In this document: piece by piece, positions 29,345 to 44,006 of the stretch
Layout: each line of letters begins with the position of its first letter
Position numbering within the stretch: position 1 is the stretch's first letter
From: Eledone cirrhosa
Taxonomy: Eukaryota
Direction: 5' to 3'
DNA length: 64,000 nt
Assembly: GCA_964016885.1 (NCBI GenBank)
Contig: OZ024742.1
Coordinates: forward strand, 29,388,001-29,452,000
Made by a program: the position numbers and the translations under genes
Notes under the pieces: generated by a model
What the model was told of the DNA's origin: nothing
Seen by the model: the letters and a program-made list of their open reading frames with translations, nothing else
The model's database searches: none

Positions 29345-31500
29345 CCACACTTCAACTCTCTACATCCAACTTTCAAATTTCTGTACCACCCTTCATTTCT
29401 CTATACCCACCTTTAATTCTCTACACCCACCTTCATTTCTCTATACCCACCCTTCAACTCTCTACACCCACCTTTAATTCTCTACACCCACCCTTCAACT
29501 CACTACACCCACCTTCATTTATCTATACCCACCCTTCAACTCTCTACACCCACCTTTCAACACTCTACACCCACCCTTCAACTCTCTATACCCACCCTTC
29601 AACTCTCTATACCCACCGTCAACTCTCTATACCCACCCTTCAACTCTCTATACCCACCGTCAACTCTCTATACCCACCCTTCAACTCTCTACACCCACCC
29701 TTCAACTCTCTACACCCACCCTTCAACTCTCTACCCACCCTTCAACTCTCTATACCCACCCTTCAACTCTCTATACCCACCCTTCAATCTCTATACCCAC
29801 CTTCAACTCTCTATACCCCCACCCTTCAACTCTCTACACCCACCCAACCTCAACCCACCCTCTAACCACCCCTCAACACTCCTACAACCCACCCAACCCT
29901 CACCTATAACCACCCTTCAACTCTATACCCACCTTCAACTCTCTATACCCACCCTTCAACTCTCTATACCCACCGTCAACTCTCTATACCCACCCTTCAA
30001 CTCTCTACACCCACCCTTCAACTCTCTACACCCACCCTTCAACTCTCTACCCACCCTTCAACTCTCTATACCCACCCTTCAACTCTCTATACCCACCCTT
30101 CAATTCTCTATACCCACCTTCAACTCTCTATACCCACCCTTCAACTCTCTACACCCACCCTTCAACTCTCTATACCCACCCTTCAACTCTCTACACCCAC
30201 CCTTCAACTCTCTATACCCACCCTTCAACTCTATACCCACCCTTCAACTCTATACCCACCCTTCAACTCTCTACACCCACCCTTCAACTCTCTACACCCA
30301 CCCTTCAATTCTCTACACCCACCCTTCAACTCTCTACACCCACCCTTCAACTCTCTATACCCACCCTTCAACTCTCTACACCCACCCTTCAACTCTCTAT
30401 ACCCACCCTTCAACTCTCTACACCCACCCTTCAACTCTCTATACCCACCCTTCAACTCTCTACACCCACTCTTCAACTCTCTACACCCACCCTTCAACTC
30501 TCTACACCCACCCTTCAACTCTCTATACCCACCCTTCAACTCTCTACACCCACTCTTCAACTCTCTACACCCACCCTTCAACTCTCTACACCCACCCTTC
30601 AACTCTCTATACCCACCCTTCAACTCTATAGACCCACCCTTCAACTCTCTACACCCACCCTTCAACTCTCTATACCCACCCTTCAACTCTCTACACCCAC
30701 TCTTCAACTCTCTACACCCACCCTTCAACTCTCTACACCCACCCTTCAACTCTCTACACCCACTCTTCAACTCTCTATACCCACCCTTCAACTCTATACA
30801 CCCACCCTTCAACTCTCTACACCCACCCTTCAGTTCTCTACACCCACCCTTCAACTCTCTATACCCACCCTTCAACTCTATACACCCACCCTTCAACTCT
30901 CTACACCCACCCTTCAACTCTCTATACCCACCCTTCAACTCTCTACACCCACTCTTCAACTCTCTACACCCACCCTTCAACTCTCTACACCCACCCTTCA
31001 ACTCTCTATACCCACCCTTCAACTCTCTACACCCACTCTTCAACTCTCTACACCCACCCTTCAACTCTCTACACCCACCCTTCAACTCTCTATACCCACC
31101 TTTCAACTCTATACACCCACCCTTCAACTCTCTACACCCACCCTTCAACTCTCTATACCCACCCTTCAACTCTCTACACCCACCCTTCAACTCTCTATAC
31201 CCACCCTTCAATTCTCTACACCCACCCTTCAACTCTCTACACCCACCCTTCAACTCTATGCCCACCCTTCACCTATCTATACTCACCCTTCAACTCTCTA
31301 CACCCACCCTTCAACTCTCTACACCCACCCTTCAACTCTATGCCCACCCTTCACCTATCTATACTCACCCTTCAACACTCTACACTCACCTTCAATCCTC
31401 TATACCCAACCTTCATCCCTCTACCCACCCTTTGACTCTCTGTACCCACACTTCATTTCTCTACACCCACCCTTCAACTATCTATGTCCACCCTTCATCT
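29345..31500. repeat. 21-bp minisatellite (ctctctacacccacccttcaa), about 100 copies
   Basis: Direct periodicity; the ELKGGCR ORF is a repeat translation. Confidence 0.97.
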
Positions 31501-32684
31501 CTATATTTAATAAGCCGCACCAGGTCTCCCGTTTGTGGATAGCTTCCTCACTCTCTTACCCTCGCTCTCCTCCCAATATCCGAGGCCCTACCTGGGAAAG
31601 GTTCAAATGTCACTACTAGTTCCTCTATGATTAAGCAATAAAGAAGATATTCAACCTGTACTTTTAATTAGGTTGAATATCTTGTATATTCCCACGGGTT
31701 GACTGGATATCACACTATATTAAGAAAGTACTGTAATACTAAGTCAACCCGTGGCAAAGGCGGAGCAAACCTTTACTCTTAGCGTAATAGCTTTATTATA
31801 CAGGAACAACGTAATATGACAGCTGAAGCTTGATAACATCTGTCTTTCCCATTTTGGTGGCTGTTGCAGTGCTGTTTGGTTCGCAGAATTTGGAGGGCGG
31901 GTCGTGGGTTTGTTTAGCAGAAGTCATGAGTGTAGGCTGGCTGGCGTTCGATTTAAGGTGCTTGCTAAGTGTTGGGGGGGGGGGGGGGGGCTTATTTGAT
32001 CAATAACGGTCTATTTCTGTTTAATATCGAGGATTAAAAGCTGGAGGATTAAAATAACAGGTGGAAAATGGGGGATAACTTAAATAATAAAGTAAGGGAG
32101 GGGAGAGGGCAAACCTTTGGCTAGGTGGTATATCTCAGCTGCACCTTAGCCTCAATCCCCGGACAAAATTAGGAAATCATTACAGTAGAGACCAATCAGT
32201 GACACACGTTACACCACACTGGTCTCCTTCTCTAGGGGGTGGGTGCTCTCCTCCTGATTTCGAAGACACCAGAGTGTTCGCTGTTGACTGGCACGAAAAC
32301 GAAGATGTATTTGGATATCGTCCGCTCTTCCAGTGTTAGGGTAAGGGTAGAACTCGGGGTTTGTGGCCGAAATAACAAGGTTGAAACCAGAAACCAGTTA
32401 CTCCAAATGTTCCACTAGACGATGTATGAATCTCAAATATTTCAATAGAAAGAGAAAGAACGAGTAAGAACGAGTAAGAACGACTTAAAATCAAATGCAT
32501 GCTTGCATGGTACGGTAACTTCTGAAGTAGTTGTAGGGGCATCGTATTGACACGCAGCATTTCTAGGGCATTTTAAAACCTGGTGGAGCCCATCTCCTCT
32601 CCAGGTCTGAATACAGCAGATTTCTTCCAGAGAAGGAAAGAGAGAATTTGGGAGAGAATGGAAGTGAGAAAGAGACATAGACGA

Positions 32685-32845
32685 ATAATCGACCCAGTAC
32701 TAAACTGGTACTTTTTTATCGACCTCGAATGGATGAAAGACAAAGTTGACATCGGTGGGATTCGAACTCAGAGAGTAGATAGCCGAAACGAATAGGCAAA
32801 TATTCTATCCGACGTTCTAACAACTCTGCCAAATCGTCGCCTTAA
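32685..32845 (-). mobile_element. SINE family A, old copy
   Basis: Reverse complement of the core: ctggtacttttttatcgacc...ggatgaaagacaaagttgac...ttcgaactcag. Confidence 0.75.
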
Positions 32846-33171
32846 ATCAAATAAGATAGGCTAAAATCAACCCGAAACAATTTACTCTGTATATTCCATT
32901 GGCCGATGTCTGAATCACAAATATTTCAAGAGAAAGGGAAAGAAAGTAGAATTAAAATCAAATGAGAAATGCTAAAATGAAATATTTGTTGTTATGTCTG
33001 AAAGTTTCAAAGGAAGTCTATCATTTGTTTTGACGTTCAAATCCCACATGGCTTTAGCAATTTCTACTTTTTCCGATATTATCTAGTAAATGATATTCTC
33101 ATTAAAATTCTACCAAGAATCATTCGAATTCTGTAATGGAACCAAAGAGCATCTACTACATAATTATAAAC

Positions 33172-33238
<67 letters not shown>

Positions 33239-33240
33239 TA

Positions 33241-33316
<76 letters not shown>

Positions 33317-33479
33317 TCTTTCTTTCTCTCTTTCTCTCTATCCATCTATCTATTTCTCTCTCTCTACTCTTTTTTTTCTCTCTCTCTCTCTCTCTCCCCA
33401 CTTTCTCTCTCTCTCTCTAATTTCTCCATCTCTCTCTCTCTCTCTACTCTTTCTCGCTCTCTTTCACTCTACTCTCTCA

Positions 33480-33533
<54 letters not shown>

Positions 33534-33559
33534 ATCTGTCTATCGATTTCTCTCTCTTC

Positions 33560-33742
33560 TGGCCAGTATCGGTAGAGTGTCGGACGCCATGCTTTGACGT
33601 ATAGAATTACGGCCCTTTTTGTTCTGAGTTCAAATCCCACCGAGGTTAACTTTGCCTTTCATCCTTACGGGGTCGATAAAATAAAGTACCAGTAATGCAC
33701 TGGGTAATTGCTGGCCTTGTGCCAAAAGTACCCAGTGCATTA
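33560..33742 (+). mobile_element. SINE family A with a 14-bp fold-back at its 3' end
   Basis: Core intact; taatgcactgggta (33693-33706) is inverted at 33729-33742. Confidence 0.85.
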
Positions 33743-33811
33743 TTATCATTTTTATTATTATTACTACTGACCTACTCATCAAATGTGTTTTTCATATCAT
33801 TCTCCGAGGCA

Positions 33812-33864
<53 letters not shown>

Positions 33865-33867
<3 letters not shown>

Positions 33868-36140
33868 AGATCAAAAGATGGTTAAAAGAGTTCCAAGTAT
33901 TTGATTATGCGCATTTCAAAAACAAATATCATCATGGGATGATATTTGCGTTCTCATCAGATAAAATAGGGAAACATGATGTGAAGCTTAAAAAACACTT
34001 GTGAGCAGTGAAGTTTTAAATCAACATATGAAAAATAAAGTAAGATGGATATATGAGATTGGAAAAAAAAAAAGTGGGGGGGGGGGGTAGGAAAAGGTAA
34101 GGAAGAGAAAGAAAAAAATAAAGGATGATGGGGGAGGAGTATAAGAAGGAAGGATGAGAGAGGAGGAGAAATTAGTGATAGAGAGAGAGAAATAGCCTTT
34201 ACAACTGAGAAAATATTGTCTCACAGAGAGAAATTAAAAAACCGTTGGAAGATAATAGATAATTTAAAAAGATTTTGAAATTAAAAGTTAATGAGGTTTA
34301 TGGATGTTGATGTTTATGATTAAAGAAAAAGGAATTAAGAATAGTATTAATTTAAGGTTTATATATTGAAGGGTTTAATAATATGTGCGAAAAAAAGAGA
34401 GAATTTATTAATATGTATTATTAAAATAAATATATTAATGATATTTAGGATATAATGTGAAAGAAGGAGAAGAATAAATGAATTATGAACTTAGAGGAAT
34501 TAGTTAGGGTTTAAGTTTGTTTTTATGTATTGTAATATGTAAAAGTAAATAATAGGTTTAAAACGAGCACGGAAGGAGAGAAGAAAAAAGAGAATTTAAG
34601 GAAAAAAAAATATCTAACGTCAAAAGGTATATTTGTTTACAAACATTTTCTAATGGTAATATTATTATATATTAAAAAATATAGTTTCTATGGCCAATAA
34701 TATGAGGAAAAATGGAAAAATGGAAAATGCTGTAGTGAGTAATAATATGAATTGAGAAGTAATTGGGAAGTAAAAGTTACAGATTAAAGATTAGAAATTA
34801 AAAAAGAAAAAAGGGAAGAAAGGAAAAAGGATAAAAGAAGAAAGATAGGGGACCTCTAACGACATAGAATGAGTAAATTGTATAATATAATATACTGAAA
34901 TAAGGTAGAAAGATGGGTATATTTGTAATAGATATAAAAGCCTTTGAGAAAAAAGAAGATTTTAAACTAATTATGTATTGAGATATTAGCTGTATACTTT
35001 ATGGAAAGTTCTATGGGATTTATGCAAGCAGAGCGAAAATAAATCCGTACGTCTATTTATTATAGAATTAAAATTAGATATAATGGTAAATTTCTCGGCT
35101 AGGCAGAGATTACATGTTCTGGATAGGGAAGAATTCCGGTAAGGAATGGCGTTGCAAACCTTCCTCCAAGAGATGTTATAGTTAATATATTTGTCTTTTA
35201 AGGACCATATGAGTTATGAGAGTGCCGTGTTAGTTCTTTTAAGTTGGTATTTAAAAGTCGATTTGTGATTATAAAATCTTGCTTTAAAGGAAGTGGAAGT
35301 TTTATCAAGACATTGGTTATTAAGAGGACATTTAGTTCTAACAGGGCAATTACAATTACGATTAGAGAAATTAACAGAGTTATTAACAAGTGACCTAGTA
35401 TTATTTATAGAAGGAATTGGATTGGAGAAGTTATTTACGATAGCAACTATAGGTTCCTGATTTAGATTGGTATTATGAACATTCAACGAAGTTACGTTTA
35501 CTGATTCTAGCCTAGAGTTAACATTGACGTCGGGTATACTACTGCTATTATTATGACGCTCAGTGTTGGATGGATGTAATTTATTATTTAATATTTTATT
35601 ATTGTGTTTAGAGATAATGTTAGAGATGTTGGAAGTGGTGGAATAAGAGAATTTGATTTTATGTTTGTTAAAGATTTTACTATAGATATGCGAGGGAGGG
35701 AAACATTTATCTAAGGCCCTAAAGAATAGTTTAGGAATATTATTAATAATAGATAGAGAAAAAGGAGCATTATACCAAATCATATTTTTGTATCTAGGTC
35801 TTTTATTTAAGTTATTGGAATGTTCATAATTAACTATTTTACTATAAGTCCTTCGATAATTGGTTTCTTTACTGTATTTAATTTTATCAGGATAACCGGC
35901 TTTGGAAAGCGCATTATTATAGTAATTGGCATTAGCGTCGAAGATAACTTTATTAGAGGATAGATTTGAGATTCTTTTTTCAATATTACTGACTATAGCA
36001 TTTTTAACGTTAGTGGGGTAGTTAGATTTAAAATTAATATAATTTAGATTCTCATTGTTTTTATAGGCCAGTGTCAAGATTAAGGGATATATCCAAGAAG
36101 TTAGCTAGTTTGACGTTGTTATCAAATTCAATTTTAAGGT
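33865..36140 (-). mobile_element. Decayed Penelope-like element (RT C-terminus, Cys linker, internally deleted GIY-YIG, long pyrimidine-rich 3'UTR, terminal HHR) flanked by (TA)n
   Basis: ORF 35214-36077: YINFKSNYP...RISNLSS...IWYNAPF...KIFNKHKIKFSYSTTSN...CNCPVRTKCPLNNQCL...FKARFYNHKSTF; (TA)n at about 33815-33862 and 36141-36157. Confidence 0.92.
33900..33968 (-). ncRNA. Minimal type I hammerhead ribozyme, apparently intact
   Basis: Minus strand UAUUUUAU-CUGAUGA-GAACGCAAAUAUCAUC-CCAU-GAUGAUAUUUGUUUUU-GAAA-UGCGCA-UA-AUCAAAUA: stem I 7 of 8 paired, long stem II, palindromic helix III, AUA triplet. Confidence 0.8.
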
Positions 36141-36171
36141 TATATATATATATATATCATTACCACCAAAA

Positions 36172-36260
36172 GGGTTTGACGAGCTGTTGATTACAGAGTC
36201 GGGCTAGATCGATACAGATCGAACCTTGAGCTGATCGGTGGCGAAATGCGCGTCAACAAC
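36172..36260 (+). ncRNA. Hammerhead-like motif with long stem II (slightly degenerate)
   Basis: gtt-TGACGA-GCTGTTGATTA...TGATCGGTGGC-GAAA-TGCGCG-TC-aac; the core lacks the first C. Confidence 0.6.
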
Positions 36261-36309
36261 TAGTAAACGTAATGAAGGAGTAACCAGTCGTCCTTGTTTT
36301 ATTTTTTTA

Positions 36310-36564
<255 letters not shown>

Positions 36565-36567
36565 AAC

Positions 36568-36600
<33 letters not shown>

Positions 36601-36666
36601 TAGATATACATATATATATATACATATATATATATAGATAGATGTAGATATACATATATATATATA

Positions 36667-37460
<794 letters not shown>

Positions 37461-37474
37461 TATATATATATATA

Positions 37475-37555
<81 letters not shown>

Positions 37556-37794
37556 GTGTATGTGTGTATATATGTGTGTGTATTTGTTGAACAATGAAAA
37601 CAAAAGGCAAATATTAATGCTTATTCTGTTCATTGTTTTACGATCGTTTCAAAAATTTCAGTGATGCTGATAAATCGATATAATGATAAACTCGATAGTG
37701 ATCTCCATATATTAGTCTCGATACTCTAGATCAATCTCACTGCCTTTCTCCGAAACAATCGGGAAATTAACTCGTATTTCACTGAACATGATAC

Positions 37795-38049
37795 AAACAC
37801 CTGTACCATTCTACAAACACGTGTACCATTCTACAAGCACGTGTGCCATTCTACAAACACGTGTAACATTCTACAAACACGTGTACCATTCTACAAACAC
37901 GTGTGCCATTCTACAAACACGTGTACCATTCTACAAACACGTGTACCATTCTACAAATACGTGTGCCATTCTACAAACACGTGTGCCATTCTACAAACAC
38001 ATGTAACATTCTACAAACACATGTAACATTCTACAAACACGTGTACCAT
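37795..38049. repeat. 20-bp minisatellite (attctacaaacacgtgtacc), about 12 copies
   Basis: Direct periodicity. Confidence 0.95.
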
Positions 38050-38389
38050 GAATGTAATTTTTATGGAGATTTCGGCGTGACAAACATGGATGACAATAGG
38101 TTTGGATTTAGACCTTGGAGTGCCCGGGGCATTTCAGGTTTGGGGAAGGCCCTCATATACACTAAATTAGAATACATAGCAAACCCACAATTTTACATAT
38201 CAAAGTTACCTTGGTGCAAGTAATTGGATAGAAAAGTTATACATACAGGTATTAAATTAAAACATTTTGACCATCCTTAAACTAAAAAGCCCAGCTGAGG
38301 GCACAAATAAAATGCTACAGTTGTCGCTGGTGACTCCACCTCCTACAGCGGGCCCGGGGCAAACAGAAGTTGGAAAGATAGATAGAAGA

Positions 38390-38552
38390 AAAATCGACCT
38401 AAGTATTAAAATGGTACCACTTTATCGGCTTACAATACATGAAAGATAAAGTTGACTTCGGCGGGATTTGAACTCAGAAAGCAGCGAGACGAAACAAATA
38501 CCGCAAGGTATTCTTTTCTACGTTCTAAAGGCTTTATCAATTCGCAGCCCTC
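38390..38552 (-). mobile_element. SINE family A, old copy
   Basis: atgaaagataaagttgacttcggcgggatttgaactcag. Confidence 0.7.
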
Positions 38553-39404
38553 CGTATTTCAAATAACTACAGTAATTTACATTTTATATATATAGAGTTT
38601 ATATATGTGTATATATGGTGGTGGTGGTAGTCGTTGTCGTCATATTCGTGGTCGTGGTTGTGTTGGTGATGATGATGGTGTGTATGATGGTGTTTGTGAT
38701 GGTGATGGTGATGATGATGATGATGATGATGATGAGTATCTTTTAGATGAAAATTATGGAGAAAATGATGATAATGAAAAATGCATCGGAATATTAATGA
38801 TAGCAACAACAACAACAACAACAATAACAAAAATATCAACAGCAGCAACAACAACAATAACTGTTGCAGCAGTGACATCGGCAGTAGCAACTACTACAAC
38901 AACAATAACAACAACAACATCAACAACAACTACGACAACAACAACAACAATAACAACAACAACAATAACAACAACAACAACATCATAATCAACAACAGCA
39001 TAAACAGCAACAACTACCACCAGCACTACCGCCACAACAACAACAACAATAACAGCAACAACATAAACAGCAACCACCACCACCACCACCACCACCACCA
39101 CAACAACAACAACAACAACAGCAACAACATAAACAGCAACCACCACCAACACCATCACCACAATAACAACAACAACAACAACAACAACAGTCACAATAGC
39201 TGTTGTTTCTAATACAAAAGATCACATGTTTTGATTATCAGTATATGTATTCCAGTTGAAGAATACGAAAAAAGGCCAATTATCTGTTGGAAAAAATCAT
39301 TGTCATAATATATCTGCTAGATGTAAGCTAATGTACTATATATATATATATATATACACGTATTTCTACACACACGTGTATATACATACATTTTTATATA
39401 TATA

Positions 39405-39460
<56 letters not shown>

Positions 39461-40639
39461 GTGTATATGTGTGTGTGTGTGTGTGTATATGTATATATAT
39501 ATATATTTATATATACGTGTTCTATATTCGGCTTTGGCAGTTCTTTTGATGCCAGTTTAGAATTCATAGCACAGACACACAAACATAAATATATTGTATG
39601 TGTGTGTATACATATAAATTTTTACATACATACATATATATATATGTGTGTGTGTCTATACACATATATATATATATATATATGTGAGTGTGTGTGTGTG
39701 TGTGTATGTATGTACATATACATGTATGTATATATTTTTACGTGCATATACATGCACGCACATACGTGTTTGTATGTGTTTGTGTGTAAGCATTTGTTTG
39801 TCTGTATGTATGTGTTTGTATGCCTGTGTGTTTGTGTGTGTGTGTTTGTATGTATGTGACTTTGTATGTATCTGTGTAGCTGGGTGGGTGGGTGTGGGTG
39901 TATTTCTGGGTGTATGTGTGTGTTTGTATATATGTATATGTGTGTGTATGTATGTGTATGTGTGTGTGATACAGGTGATAATACACAGCTACTCAATCTT
40001 CATGGTTACCTCACATCAACAATCCGTAGACGACAAATTTAATCAGTTTCGAAAATACCCTTGACATATGTGACTCCTAACTGTATAGAGTTTCCGATTA
40101 ATACTTGTGTTAAAATTATTTTAAGGGGGCTAATTTATTACCTGCTAACCTTGATTTATTTCCCTTGGGTGACTATAGAGAATTGGGGAGGGAAAGAAGT
40201 AGATTGAGAATTAGCAATGGGCTAGATCGTGTATGCCTATTATTGGGTTACACCTAGGGATTGAAATACAGAATATGTGTCATTGTTCCGGGTAAATTAA
40301 ATATGTAACCATCCATTAAGGGCGTTCTGCCAGGAGTTGCTACTAGAAGAATGTATTAGCAATTATAAGACCAATTAAAACATGTTTTACTTCATCCTAT
40401 CTGATGGTCAGCTTCTTTCTTCTGTCGGGTGTTGTGAGCGGCAGATACTATCAACAAACGAATGACCAACGGAAATGTGTTTTACTTCGTCCGATCTGAT
40501 GATTGGTTCATTTCTTCCGCCAGCAGTAATATAAAGTCCCATGAAAACATTGTTTCATTGTTCTGGTCTGGTCATGCGGTATTTGTCAAGGTAGCGACAT
40601 TTAGAAGTTTAGGGAAAACGCTTGGTCTGACATTTACAT

Positions 40640-40900
40640 AGTTTGCATGATGTTTGAGTGCGAAGCAATTCTACAAATTTTTTTCATATTTCCCAGTAGT
40701 CTGCATGTCAGGAAGATATTCTACTTCATCTTGAAATCACTTATACGTTCTTTCAAACTCCAAATATAATTAGAGTGTGTTGTTGCATTCTTCATTTCTA
40801 TATTTCCGAAGGGAGAATTATAGTTGAAATAGCATTGCTTAAATTTAACTTGTCAGAGCTAACTGTATAAGATCATTCGTAAGGATGAATTTAGTTCAGG
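40640..40900 (-). mobile_element. Highly decayed PLE GIY-YIG C-terminal remnant
   Basis: Minus-strand FKQCYFNYNSPFGNIEMKNATTLSNYIWSLKERISDFKMK, homologous to FKQRLY...SAYIWSLKD in the 22.3 kb element. Confidence 0.7.
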
Positions 40901-41406
40901 TAACTTCAATTTGGTTTGGTGCAGGTGACTTGAATTTCTTTTTATCCTGGTGTGTTGAGCACTGTATAACATTTCAATATTACATGAAGATTTTCAGTTT
41001 GCTATGTTTAAACACGTTAGTATACATACAGAATATAGATTTATATAACATATAATTACCAACAGAAAAAATGTCAACGTGCGGTGCTATATGTGAATGT
41101 CTCGTAATATAGCGGTCCGACAAACAGATTTCGATAAAGTAAGTACCAGACATTAAAATATGCACGATGGCAGATATGATTATTCATGCTCCAGAATGGC
41201 CGCAATTCAATAATTGGAATGAATAAAAAGAATGACAGAATACACGCATGTGCGTATACAGTCGTGTGCGAGTAGGTGCGAACACACACACACATATATA
41301 TGCACACGCACATACACAAACGCAAAAACGCACGCAGAAACACACACACACGTTTTATGTATATATATATATAAAAAAATATATATATATATATATAAAC
41401 ACACAC

Positions 41407-41496
<90 letters not shown>

Positions 41497-41614
41497 TAAA
41501 TCATGTCCTTAGAATTATTAGATAAAATATATACCATTTCCTCTACCAATTAGCATAATTAACTATATAAAAAATCAATTAGACCAGGCTATAAGAATAA
41601 AGGCTCCTATGAAG

Positions 41615-41662
<48 letters not shown>

Positions 41663-41784
41663 AAAATTGAGATAAAATAAATTAAATGAATTCAATCTAA
41701 ATCGAAATTGTGGGTGTCATGTCATAATGGCATGCGCCATATCGCCTGGAAATTAAGCTCTAAGATAAATCTGAGCATATTATA

Positions 41785-41977
41785 ATAACTAGAAATTGAT
41801 TAACATATAAATATACATGAATAATCACAGGAGATAATTTTTGCCCGCGTGTAACCACGCATAGCTAGTTTAGGTAATTATTTATTACCCAAACTAGCTA
41901 TGCGTGGTTACACGCGGGCAAAAATTATCTCCTGTGATTATTCATGTATATTTATATGTTAATCAATTTCTAGTTAT
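41785..41977. repeat. Near-perfect palindrome with ~93-bp arms within (TA)n
   Basis: Arms 41785-41878 and 41884-41977, one mismatch seen. Confidence 0.95.
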
Positions 41978-42002
41978 ATAAATATATATATGTTTGTATT
42001 AG

Positions 42003-42065
<63 letters not shown>

Positions 42066-42068
<3 letters not shown>

Positions 42069-42400
42069 AAAAAAGATGAAATCGAAAATGCATGTGGCGT
42101 CTTTTTTTTTAAATATATATTTATTTGGTTCCTTTACCGGTTTCGCAGTTCTTCAAAAGTAGAATTGAGATGGAGGGTCTGTGGTTTTTCTCAAATGTGA
42201 GAAAAACCAGAGACCCTCTATCTCAATTCTACTTTTGAAAAGCAGAAGAACTGCGAAACCGTTAAAGGAACCAAATAAATATATATTTTTTTTAAAAAGA
42301 CTCCAATTGCATTTCGATTTCATATTTTTTCTTTATACTTTCACTCGTGTAGGACACCTCGGTTATTTTTCATTTTGTAAATAAAACCTCACTTTCTAAT
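42066..42400. mobile_element. Fold-back insert in (TA)n with HHR-like motifs on both arms
   Basis: Arms about 42068-42193 and 42198-42331; minus strand CTT-TTGAAGA-ACTGC-GAAA-CCGG-TA-AAG. Confidence 0.75.
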
Positions 42401-42419
42401 ATATATATATCTAAAAAGT

Positions 42420-42696
42420 CTAAAGTCTGTCTTAAGCCAGAAGGCTGAGTTGGCCGGTGCTTATCCCGGTTTCATGGCGTGAAGCGACTGAGAGCACAAG
42501 ACGCCCCCCTGGACAGGACGCCAGTCCATCGCAGGGTTAAACCTCCAGCTATTGCTGGTACTCATTTTCAGCTGAGTATACTGGAGCAACATGAAATTAA
42601 GTGTTTTGCTCAAGAACACAACACGCAACCCAGGATTTGAGCCCACGATATTATGATCGTAAGTCCAACACCCTAACCACTAGGCCACGTGCCTCC
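42420..42696 (-). mobile_element. tRNA-derived SINE family B, full length
   Basis: Reverse complement ggaggcacgtggcctagtggttagggtgttggac...ttcttgagcaaaacact...gcgatggactggcgtcctgtccagggg...atgaaaccgggataagc. Confidence 0.88.
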
Positions 42697-42821
42697 ACAT
42701 ATATATATATATATAAATAAATACATATATATACATATATATATATACATATATATATATATAAACATATATATATATATATATGCATATATATATATAC
42801 ATATATATATATACACACACA

Positions 42822-42888
<67 letters not shown>

Positions 42889-42904
42889 GTATATATATAT
42901 ATAC

Positions 42905-43003
<99 letters not shown>

Positions 43004-43155
43004 TACATATATATATATATATTATATGTATATATTTGCTCTACGGTTCTTATATATTTGATATATATTTATCCTTATCGAGCCCTCTTTGGATTTTAGT
43101 CTTCAAATTTATTATTATTTCTATTATATTAATATATATAAAAAATGTATATATA

Positions 43156-43250
<95 letters not shown>

Positions 43251-43508
43251 ACATATAAGGGTATGCGTGAGTATGCGTTTGTGTCCGTTTCCGCGCATAA
43301 GTGTTCTTTTGATGCCATTTCAAAGGATGTGCATGCCGCAAAAAATGCGCAATCTTCCTGTCAATTGTGTTGTGTATTCTCCCAAAACAACAACAACAAT
43401 AACAGCAACAACCACATCAGCCTCATAATCATCATCATCATCGTTAGCAGCAGCAGCAGATGCAACATAGAACAACTTCATGATCTGCCGATTAATACAC
43501 ACACACAC

Positions 43509-43587
<79 letters not shown>

Positions 43588-43620
43588 GTATATATATATA
43601 TATAATATGTATGTATATAT

Positions 43621-43653
<33 letters not shown>

Positions 43654-43664
43654 CATATTATATA

Positions 43665-43722
<58 letters not shown>

Positions 43723-43784
43723 TATACATATATATACACATATATATATATATATTATATATATATATATATACATATTATATA

Positions 43785-43840
<56 letters not shown>

Positions 43841-43888
43841 ATATAAATATATATATATATATATACAAATATATATATATATATATAG

Positions 43889-43937
<49 letters not shown>

Positions 43938-43955
43938 GATATATATTATATATAT

Positions 43956-44006
<51 letters not shown>

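Noticed and set aside
29815-29925. Scrambled patch inside the 21-bp array
   Set aside because: Looks like local low-quality consensus rather than biology
30231-31265. 344-aa ELKGGCR repeat ORF
   Set aside because: Translation of a 21-bp satellite; flanking units have frame-breaking indels
31550-31585. Minus-strand micro-exon reading VGPRILGGER (serine-protease activation-like)
   Set aside because: Only about 32 nt, frame ambiguous, and no downstream protease exons (His/Asp/Ser motifs) seen in the window
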